Source: an uncultured Bacteroidales bacterium (GTDB taxonomy: Bacteria; Bacteroidota; Bacteroidia; Bacteroidales; Bacteroidaceae). Taken from it: a stretch of 64,000 bases of DNA. Both the position numbers and the translations under genes were made by a program. Positions 1-6,537 of the stretch are shown in pieces. The stretch covers positions 300 through 64,299 of the forward strand of contig CACXUA010000001.1 of the NCBI GenBank assembly GCA_902770725.1, read 5' to 3'. The notes beneath the pieces were generated by a model. The model was not told where the DNA came from. It did not search any database and worked only from the letters and a program-made list of their open reading frames with translations. Within the stretch, counting starts at the first letter, position 1. Every line of letters starts with the position of its first letter.

Positions 1-105
1 ATTGATGGTCTCGAGGAGGTTTGCCACCTTCAGCGAAGCATAAGGCGACCCAGTCTTCGTGGTGCCATTACTGCGACTAATGACGAGGTATTCTGTGTTG
101 TTCAT
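1..105 (-). CDS. hypothetical protein, first 35 codons only (gene runs off the left edge)
   Basis: ATG at 105-103 (minus) opens MNNTEYLVISRSNGTTKTGSPYASLKVANLLETIN, which stays open to base 1. A -7 box lies about 27 nt upstream. The fragment is too short for a functional call. Confidence 0.4.
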   Translation of the reverse strand, partial: MNNTEYLVISRSNGTTKTGSPYASLKVANLLETIN

Positions 106-131
106 ATCCTTTTTTATATCTAATTCTTTCG

Positions 132-139
132 CAAAGATA
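132..139 (-). promoter_or_regulatory. Bacteroidota -7 promoter box (TATCTTTG on minus strand) for the left-edge gene
   Basis: Exact TAnnTTTG match, correctly spaced upstream of the ATG at 105. Confidence 0.6.
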
Positions 140-145
140 TAAAAA

Positions 146-177
146 GATTAGGGATTAGGGATTAGAGATTAGAGATT
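146..177. repeat. heptamer microsatellite (GATTAGG)2(GATTAGA)2GATT
   Basis: Direct reading shows 4.5 tandem 7-bp units lying between the two divergent -7 boxes. Confidence 0.95.
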
Positions 178-182
178 TTTTG

Positions 183-190
183 TAATTTTG
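183..190 (+). promoter_or_regulatory. -7 promoter box TAATTTTG for tadA
   Basis: TAnnTTTG match 25 nt upstream of the ATG at 215. Confidence 0.6.
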
Positions 191-214
191 CGAAGAAAAG
201 CAAGAAAAAAGAAA

Positions 215-649
215 ATGGCTGACGACAATTTCTACATGAAGCAGGCTTTGGCCGAGGCTAATGCGGCCTACAAGCAGGGTGAAATTCCGATTGGGGCAGT
301 TGTGGTGTGCAGGGACAAGATTATCGCAAAAAGCCACAACCTGACTGAACTTCTGCACGATGTAACCGCTCATGCTGAGATGCAGGCCATTACATCGGCT
401 GCTGAGCATCTTGGCGGCAAGTACTTGAACGACTGCACGCTTTATGTCACTGTTGAGCCTTGCGTAATGTGTGCAGGAGCCCTTGGTTGGTCACAAATCA
501 GCCGAATCGTTTATGGAGCACCCGATGAAAAGCGCGGTTTTCAACGTTTTGCGCCTCAAGCCCTGCACCCTCGAACAGAGGTTACAAGCGGCGTGATGGC
601 TGACGAATGCATCGAACTGATGCAACGCTTCTTCAAGGAAAAGCGATAA
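215..649 (+). CDS. tadA: tRNA-specific adenosine deaminase (CDA-fold zinc deaminase)
   Basis: HAEMQAI and PCVMCAGAL zinc-ligand motifs in a protein of about 144 aa. The ORF-track start at 188 is a TTG inside the promoter box, so ATG 215 is preferred. Confidence 0.9.
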   Translation: MADDNFYMKQALAEANAAYKQGEIPIGAVVVCRDKIIAKSHNLTELLHDVTAHAEMQAITSAAEHLGGKYLNDCTLYVTVEPCVMCAGALGWSQISRIVYGAPDEKRGFQRFAPQALHPRTEVTSGVMADECIELMQRFFKEKR

Positions 650-731
650 TCATAAGTGTTATCGGCAAGTTCTTCCCCTCGTTTTTACCCAAAATGCACT
701 GTTTTTTGCCGATACCGGCAAGAAAAGGAAC

Positions 732-763
732 AAAAAAGGCGGCAGATGAGAGTCTGCCGCCTT
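732..763. terminator. bidirectional intrinsic terminator between convergent tadA and the minus-strand surface-protein operon
   Basis: The GGCGGCAG / CTGCCGCC stem has an 8-nt loop. An A-run lies on one side (a T-run on the minus strand) and a T-rich tract on the other. Confidence 0.8.
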
Positions 764-778
764 AACTGATTTTGGAAA

Positions 779-1423
779 TTATTGCTTTCGCACAGGACGG
801 ATAGAAGAACCAAACATACGTTTGTCGCTTTGAACAGATATGCTGCCTAACTTAAAGTATATGTATTGGGCATAATAGTTTCTGCTTTTATCGGGCGTAC
901 GCGACCAGTAGAAGCCTTCTGAACCGGCTCTATCAATACTATTATCTTTTCCATAGCCTGCAGCAGGAAGGAAAATAGATTTGCCGTTGCTCTTACTAGT
1001 AATCATTATTCCGTATGTTTTAGGAGTTATCGTAGTGTATAATCCGCCCGTTAGTTCCATCAACTGTGCAATGCTTGGTGTTTGCCATTTATCGCCCCAT
1101 TTGACTGTTGCTGCATCGTGCTCTGGCTTTAACTCCGTCTGAAGATCATTATAAAAGTTATAACTAACATCCGAATATTCAAAAACATTCGGTTCTGTCA
1201 CGCTCCAAGCAAAATAATCACCATAATCCTCTGGCTTACTGGCACCTACATTGCAAGTCGCCCAAAGCGTACCGCTTGGCAATTTGAGGTCAACCCAGGC
1301 ATGGCCATTGGTAATTCCATCACTTGCAGGCCTATTTTCTTCTGCATCATCCTTTGAACAACTGCAGGTGGCACTAATGCAAACTGTTGCAAAAAACAGA
1401 ACTGCTAAATTCTTTTTTTTCAT
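779..1423 (-). CDS. lipoprotein with FISUMP / DUF1566-like (C-type-lectin-fold) domain
   Basis: Lipoprotein signal MKKKNLAVLFFATVCISATC followed by S. Motifs YGDYFAWS, IFLPAAGY, EGFYWSRT and SIRPV are typical of the Fibrobacter/Bacteroidota major paralogous domain family. Confidence 0.75.
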   Translation of the reverse strand: MKKKNLAVLFFATVCISATCSCSKDDAEENRPASDGITNGHAWVDLKLPSGTLWATCNVGASKPEDYGDYFAWSVTEPNVFEYSDVSYNFYNDLQTELKPEHDAATVKWGDKWQTPSIAQLMELTGGLYTTITPKTYGIMITSKSNGKSIFLPAAGYGKDNSIDRAGSEGFYWSRTPDKSRNYYAQYIYFKLGSISVQSDKRMFGSSIRPVRKQ

Positions 1424-1457
1424 AAATATATAATTGAAATTATTATTACTATTTTAT

Positions 1458-4031
1458 TTACTTTATCAAGACCTTCTTCTTTGTTCCGTCCTTAAACTGG
1501 ATAATGTTGATGCCCTTTTGAGGTTTGTTGACAACCTGACCAGATAGATTGTAGCTGTTTTCACTAGTACTATGGTTAGCATTGAGGTCGCTGATACCTG
1601 TTGGCGACTCTATCCAGAACTTCCGCCATATCTCGTGAGTTTTATATTTATCAACAGCATCATCTGGCACAACAAGCATAACTTTTGCCACATTTATGTA
1701 CCCAAATGTATTATCAAATACGAATGGCGTTTCCTCTGCATAACAATATATTTCTTTCAGTTTATTGCAACCTGAGAAAACATAACGCCCTATGTTTCTC
1801 ACACCATTACCGATAATGACAGAGATTATATTGCTACAATTATAGAAAGCTGAGTTGTCAATGTCTGTGACACTGTTAGGAATGGAAATAGATGTTAAAG
1901 AAAGGCAATCTTGGAAAATATTAGAGCCCAAATTCGTTACCCCGTTGGGGATAGTAACAGCAGTGAGACTTCTGCAGCCCATGAAGGTGGCGTAGCCAAT
2001 TTCCTTCACGCTACTTGGAATGGTGATGGATGTTAGGTCGCTGCACCCATAAAAAGCATATACGCCAATACTTTTCACGCTGTTTGGTATGATAATGGAA
2101 GTCAACAAACTGCATCCCTCAAAGGCGTTACCAGAGACAAAAGTCAGTCCTGTAAAATATTGTAATTCATTGAATGATCTTATTTGTTTATTCTGACTAA
2201 AAATCTTGTTGCCTATATCCGTTACGGCTGCCGCTTCTTCTTTGCTCAGTTCACCATCACCGTTTGTGTCCCAATGAGCCACGCATATAGCCTTGACAGC
2301 GGCATCAGCAAAGATGATGTTAGAGTCACCCCCTTCATTGCCATTGCCATTTCCATCATCTCCACCACCACTATCACTACCAGGAACTAAAAACTGAAAT
2401 TCTGAAAGTTGGAAGATGTTACCATCAACTAACGAGGTTATCTCGAAGCGATAATAGCGGTACTCTTTGTCAACACTTATAGCAAACGTTTTAGATGCCA
2501 AATTTTCGCTTGGCATTTCTCCATTGACGACAGTTGCTAATGTTGACCAGCTGTCGTTTGGGTTGTTCTTCCCCTTAATAACCCAACTCTTAGGGTTGCG
2601 GCCAGGTCCTGCCTCTGTGTCGTTCCCTGTGGTGAGCACATAGCCAGTAGGTTTGATAGCTTGTGTTGCATCAAATTCAACATAGATGGTAGAAGTAACA
2701 TTTGTCACGCACCATTTTGTATTGATGTTATTGTCAAAAAGATTTGGGTAGTCTTCATTGGGTACAGTACCTGTGGTACCAGCAGTAGCTATTATTTGCG
2801 CATTGTCAAAGTTGGAATTTGAGTTATCTCCACCACTGCCACTATCTCCACCACTGCCACTATCTCCACCACTGCCATCTAAAGCCTTTATTGTCCCAAA
2901 TCCGCTCCAAGGTGAAGTCGTTCTGTATGAATCCACAGAAGCAGCAGGCACATGAAGTGTCGCATATTCAATGTATGAGCCTTCAAATGCATCACTATTT
3001 GTGTTGGGAACCGTTTCTGCATAGCATTTAACATCCGACAATTCTGAGCAGGAAGAAAAGGCAAGGTGCTCGATGTCTGTCACGCTATTGGGAATAGTGA
3101 TGGCAGTCAGGTTATTACAACAAGAAAAGGCATGGCTACTAATTCTAGACACGCCACTAGGAATGACAAGATCTGTAATTTCTGTAGACTCATTGCTGTA
3201 AAGATGTTTACACCATGCAGCTATATCTGGCACAATAACCTTTTCCAGACCGGTGCAACTAGAGAAGGCATATTCGCCGATGGTTGTCACGCTGTTGCCA
3301 ATGGTAAGTGAGGTCAGACCGGTGCAGCCAGAGAAGGCATAACTGCCAATACTGGTCACACTATTTGGGATAGTGATGGAGGTCAGGCCGCTGCAGCTAG
3401 AGAAGGCACTACTGCCAATACTGGTCACACTATTGTCGAAGGTGACAGATTTCAGATTATTGTAACTTATAAAAGCATCATCGCCAATACTCGTTATTCC
3501 ATCGGAGATAACTAAGTCCCTTATTGCTTCACCATTTAAAAATAATAAACAGGAATTGGAACTACAGAACAAAGGATTAGCCCAGCTGTTAGAAAATGAA
3601 ATATTACACCATGCCCTCATATCTGAAATTTTAATGGAGATTACTCTGCCGCAACCTTCAAAGGCTGCCGCACCGATTTTTGTCACACTATTAGGCATAT
3701 CGATGTATAATAAATTATTGCAATTCAAAAAAGCAAGTTTGCCTATACTTGTTACACTGTTGGGGATGGTGATGGAGGTCAGGCTGCTACATTTATAGAA
3801 GGCATTGTCGCTGATTCCTGTCACTTTATATGTTGCACCTTCGTATGTAATTGAAGCGGGAATATTGACTACACCAGAATAAGGGTAAGAACCACTGGTT
3901 ACTTCTGCAATGTTAGCTTTTTTGATTAAGTTATAAAAAATACCACCTATGTTGGCATCATAAGCCGATGCCACATTAGCAGCCATACTCATCAGTATGG
4001 TTAATGTAATTTTCAATAATAGATGTTTCAT
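1458..4031 (-). CDS. BspA-type leucine-rich-repeat surface protein with discoidin-like and dockerin/EF-hand-like modules and a T9SS C-terminal sorting domain
   Basis: The protein has a signal peptide and two blocks of about 23-aa repeats (ItIPnSVTsIGsyAFsgCsgLtS). A central module carries NPKSWVIKGKN...FQLSEFQF, followed by DTNGDGELSKEE. The C-terminus YNLSGQVVNKPQKGINIIQFKDGTKKKVLIK matches the T9SS CTD pattern. Confidence 0.85.
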   Translation of the reverse strand: MKHLLLKITLTILMSMAANVASAYDANIGGIFYNLIKKANIAEVTSGSYPYSGVVNIPASITYEGATYKVTGISDNAFYKCSSLTSITIPNSVTSIGKLAFLNCNNLLYIDMPNSVTKIGAAAFEGCGRVISIKISDMRAWCNISFSNSWANPLFCSSNSCLLFLNGEAIRDLVISDGITSIGDDAFISYNNLKSVTFDNSVTSIGSSAFSSCSGLTSITIPNSVTSIGSYAFSGCTGLTSLTIGNSVTTIGEYAFSSCTGLEKVIVPDIAAWCKHLYSNESTEITDLVIPSGVSRISSHAFSCCNNLTAITIPNSVTDIEHLAFSSCSELSDVKCYAETVPNTNSDAFEGSYIEYATLHVPAASVDSYRTTSPWSGFGTIKALDGSGGDSGSGGDSGSGGDNSNSNFDNAQIIATAGTTGTVPNEDYPNLFDNNINTKWCVTNVTSTIYVEFDATQAIKPTGYVLTTGNDTEAGPGRNPKSWVIKGKNNPNDSWSTLATVVNGEMPSENLASKTFAISVDKEYRYYRFEITSLVDGNIFQLSEFQFLVPGSDSGGGDDGNGNGNEGGDSNIIFADAAVKAICVAHWDTNGDGELSKEEAAAVTDIGNKIFSQNKQIRSFNELQYFTGLTFVSGNAFEGCSLLTSIIIPNSVKSIGVYAFYGCSDLTSITIPSSVKEIGYATFMGCRSLTAVTIPNGVTNLGSNIFQDCLSLTSISIPNSVTDIDNSAFYNCSNIISVIIGNGVRNIGRYVFSGCNKLKEIYCYAEETPFVFDNTFGYINVAKVMLVVPDDAVDKYKTHEIWRKFWIESPTGISDLNANHSTSENSYNLSGQVVNKPQKGINIIQFKDGTKKKVLIK
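2825..2878. repeat. in-frame 18-bp x3 tandem repeat encoding the GSGGDS linker of the LRR protein
   Basis: The unit tatctccaccactgccac is repeated three times on the plus strand. On the coding strand it gives GSGGDSGSGGDSGSGGD. Confidence 0.95.
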
Positions 4032-4456
4032 AATGTCTCTCCTGCAATGAGTTTGTTAATAATGGTGAGAATGAATTTTGCATTTGTATCGACAGAGAGG
4101 TGAAAGAGGTCTTCTCCTGCATTTGTATACATGAATAACAAGGATATACGTATAAATTTGTAGCCGAACTGTTTTGCAAGTTCTTCTGCATCTTCGACGG
4201 TCTTCCCATAAGAACGAGATGCTGCGACTACAATTTCGCAACCTTCTTTCAACAGTCTTTCAAGACTCTCTTTTTGTAAAGAGCCTGGATCACCTGTGCT
4301 CATACAACCTATTATGTGGTTGTGATACCTGATACTGTCTTCAACTTCAGAGTTATCATCTCTTTTTTTACCACCAAGTAGTTCATACAACTTACAGATA
4401 GTTGTTGTCTTTCCTGTATCAGCAGGAGCAGACAAACAAATAATAGTTTTAACCAT
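4028..4456 (-). CDS. small orphan P-loop (Walker A) protein, function unknown
   Basis: The N-terminus MVKTIICLSAPADTGKTTTICKLYELL contains an AxxxxGKT Walker A motif. The protein is 142 aa, and its stop TGA overlaps the ATG of the LRR gene (ATGA at 4031-4028). Confidence 0.6.
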   Translation of the reverse strand: MVKTIICLSAPADTGKTTTICKLYELLGGKKRDDNSEVEDSIRYHNHIIGCMSTGDPGSLQKESLERLLKEGCEIVVAASRSYGKTVEDAEELAKQFGYKFIRISLLFMYTNAGEDLFHLSVDTNAKFILTIINKLIAGETL

Positions 4457-4835
4457 ACCGGCAATTTTTTTCTAACCTTGGTCACTCCCTGACCAAAGAA
4501 GATAACAACCAGTTTATGTTTGGAAATGAAAAAGGCGTGGGAGTTGTTTCTCCGTGCCTATCCCTAAGTTCAGGCCTTCGCATTGCCCCTAAGCAAGGAT
4601 AAGCAACACAAGCCAGCCCACGCCGAGTGATATTATAGAAGGATATAATACACCCACGCAGACGCTTTGTTGCATTACCGCTGTGCTTAGAATCAAAGTT
4701 GCGAAGTTTGAACCTACAGACAGTAACGTATGAAAACGTCCTTTCCCCTTTGGCTGTCCTTACAAATGGTTTGCTCAGCCGCAGGATTCCATTAAGATTT
4801 GACCCACCAGCCCTAAAAGAGCCATTCGGTCGTTG

Positions 4836-4843
4836 CAAAGTTA
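4836..4843 (-). promoter_or_regulatory. -7 promoter box (TAACTTTG on minus strand), about 380 nt upstream of the P-loop gene
   Basis: Exact TAnnTTTG match. It is the only such box between 4457 and 5346 that faces the operon. Confidence 0.5.
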
Positions 4844-5128
4844 TGAAAAATATTTATACAACAATAACAAATGAAAGAAAAAATGTTGCAAATCAAATCA
4901 AAAACACTCTGCATTCTACACCATCACCTTTTAAGTCATTATGTGACAATTGGATACATGGGTGTAGAGTGATGAAGAGACTCTACACCTCGTTACTTAA
5001 TAATATTCAATAGGCTAAAGCTGTTCGATGTAGAGTGTTTTCGCAAAATAATTTTATTAAAATTTACCTACATGCCTACATAAATATGGGTTAAGTTCAA
5101 GTGGTTCAATAGTTTAAGAAAAATCAAG

Positions 5129-5183
5129 CCTACATAAAACCTACATAAAGCCTACATAGAACCTACATAAAGCCTTCATAGGG
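5129..5183. repeat. five tandem 11-bp repeats (CCTACATARAN), iteron-like
   Basis: CCTACATA (last copy CCTTCATA) starts at 5129, 5140, 5151, 5162 and 5173, an exact 11-bp period. Two further copies lie at 5067 and 5075. Confidence 0.95.
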
Positions 5184-5189
5184 TTTCAC

Positions 5190-5335
5190 TCGCAAACGTC
5201 ACATTGGATAATTGCAAACGTCGCACTATACATTGGCAAACGTGGCACGTTAAGTTGCTCAACTTAACACGTTAACTTTGTCAACTTAACACGTTACGTT
5301 TGGCTTTTAACCACGTTAAGTTTGGAGACGACACA
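5190..5335. repeat. ACGT-box REP-like cluster (ACGTTAAGTT / AACTTAACACG units), family copy A
   Basis: The region reads GCAAACGT x3, then CACGTTAAGTTGCTCAACTTAACACGTTAACTTTGTCAACTTAACACGTTACG...CCACGTTAAGTTTGG. The same words recur at 10064, 16868, 22715 and 63164. Confidence 0.9.
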
Positions 5336-5346
5336 CTTAGAGGGAG

Positions 5347-6429
5347 TCACTTCAGCAGTGCCAAATAGGTCTCGATTGCGTGCTCGATTTCGCAAAAATC
5401 CACGAATTCATCGGCAGAATGACTGCGGCTGCTCTCGCCAGGACCAAGCTTGAGGCTGGGGAAGGGCATGAGGGCTTGGTCGCTCAATGTGGGCGAACCG
5501 AATGGCTTGCCTCCCAACTCGACTATCTTTTGTACGAGTGGATGGTTTTCGTCGATGCTTGAGGAACCCAACCTGAAACTGCGAGCCTTGACCTCCGACT
5601 TAACATTTTTGCCGATTTCATCGAATAATTCGCGGTTCGTATAACACTCATTCGAGCGGACATCCACAGTAAAAGTGCAGGTGTCGGGCACGACATTATG
5701 CTGCGTTCCTGCATTCACAATGGTGACAGTCATTTTGACCGGGCCAAGCAAGGGCGAGACTTTCTCGAACTTGTAATCGCGGAACCATTCGATATCCTCG
5801 AGCGCCTTGTAGATGGCATTGTCGCCTTCATTGCGGGCAGCGTGTCCTGCCTTGCCGTGAGCCGTTACATCGAGCACCATCAAGCCCTTTTCGGCGATGG
5901 CTGGCTGCATGCCTGTCGGCTCTCCGACCAGTGCGACGTCGATCTTCGGAAGCAGCGGCAGAACACTTTCTATGCCGCCTTTTCCGCTCACTTCCTCTTC
6001 CGCACTCGCCAAGAAGACGAGGTTGTAGAGCCCCCTCCCTGCTCCCCCTTTGGGGGAGGGCTTTGCCAATTCGGCGAAGACATGAAGCAAAGAGACCAGA
6101 CTGGCACCATCGTCGTTTGCACCAAGTCCGTAGATTCGGCTGCCCTCTCGCGTCGCTTTGAAGGGGTCGCGCTGCCATCCAGCCACAGGTTTCACGGTGT
6201 CGATGTGGGCATTAAGCAGCAAAGTCTGCTTTTCTGGGTCGAAGTTGGGTTGCATCGACCAAAGGTTATTTCCCATTCGCTTCACCTCGAGCCCGAGTTC
6301 ATCCTGCATATAGTCCTGCAGGAGGTCGGCAGCAGCCTGCTCTTCCCTGCTGATGCGTGGCACTTCGATGAGTCTGCACAGCAACTCCACCGCCCGCTCA
6401 TTGAGCATTGAACATTGAACATTGACCAT
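5347..6429 (-). CDS. M20 family metallohydrolase (ArgE/DapE-like deacylase)
   Basis: Metal-ligand motifs LLLNAHIDTVKP, GLGANDDGASLVS and SAEEEVSG, with a GPG...HS tail. An alternative in-frame start is at 6408. Confidence 0.85.
   Translation of the reverse strand: MVNVQCSMLNERAVELLCRLIEVPRISREEQAAADLLQDYMQDELGLEVKRMGNNLWSMQPNFDPEKQTLLLNAHIDTVKPVAGWQRDPFKATREGSRIYGLGANDDGASLVSLLHVFAELAKPSPKGGAGRGLYNLVFLASAEEEVSGKGGIESVLPLLPKIDVALVGEPTGMQPAIAEKGLMVLDVTAHGKAGHAARNEGDNAIYKALEDIEWFRDYKFEKVSPLLGPVKMTVTIVNAGTQHNVVPDTCTFTVDVRSNECYTNRELFDEIGKNVKSEVKARSFRLGSSSIDENHPLVQKIVELGGKPFGSPTLSDQALMPFPSLKLGPGESSRSHSADEFVDFCEIEHAIETYLALLK
6399..6429. repeat. heptamer microsatellite (CATTGAN)x4 overlapping the start codon region of the M20 gene
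   Basis: The plus strand reads cattgag cattgaa cattgaa cattgac. Each unit carries an ATG on the coding strand. Confidence 0.95.
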
Positions 6430-6451
6430 GATACAATACCATTTTACGGCG

Positions 6452-6459
6452 CAAAGTTA
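6452..6459 (-). promoter_or_regulatory. -7 box (TAACTTTG, minus) for the M20 gene
   Basis: TAnnTTTG match 23 nt upstream of ATG 6429. Confidence 0.6.
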
Positions 6460-6473
6460 CGAAAAATAATAAA

Positions 6474-6508
6474 ATTATGAACTATGAATTATGAATTATG
6501 AATTAAAA
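6474..6508. repeat. heptamer microsatellite (AYTATGA)x4 plus a degenerate unit
   Basis: The sequence reads attatga actatga attatga attatga attaaaa, immediately upstream of the fadD -7 box. Confidence 0.95.
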
Positions 6509-6512
6509 GTCG

Positions 6513-6520
6513 TATCTTTG
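6513..6520 (+). promoter_or_regulatory. -7 box TATCTTTG for fadD-prfB
   Basis: TAnnTTTG match 18 nt upstream of ATG 6538. The ORF-track start at 6520 (GTG) lies inside this box. Confidence 0.65.
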
Positions 6521-6537
6521 TGCTATCAAAGCACAAT

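Noticed and set aside
146-177. Telomere-like TTAGGGA repeats.
   Set aside because: The arrays are 4-5 units long, internal to a bacterial chromosome, and belong to a broader family of unrelated heptamers. The similarity to eukaryotic telomere repeats is coincidental.
779-1423. Possible diversity-generating retroelement target. The lipoprotein has the C-type-lectin-like C-terminus (GFYWS...SIRPV) typical of DGR variable proteins.
   Set aside because: There is no reverse transcriptase gene in the window, and I found no template-repeat copy of the 3' end of the gene. The fold alone is not evidence of a DGR.
4700-4830. Cobalamin riboswitch. In the minus sense, GGTGGGTCAAATCTTAATGGAATCCTGCGGCTGAGCAAACCATTTGTAAGG loosely resembles the GGTG..AATCC..CGGCTG..GCAACTGTAA core.
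   Set aside because: The CCCGCAACTG segment and the B12 box (GCCACTG) are absent, and the downstream genes have no link to cobalamin. The resemblance is too weak to call without a covariance-model score.
4699-5013. A 104-aa plus-strand ORF in the large intergenic region, plus a 118-aa minus-strand ORF at 4482-4838.
   Set aside because: Neither has a promoter box in the right orientation or position. Their composition is atypical (Arg/Cys/Asn-rich), I recognise no family resemblance, and both overlap the repeat and hairpin structures. I treat the region as non-coding.
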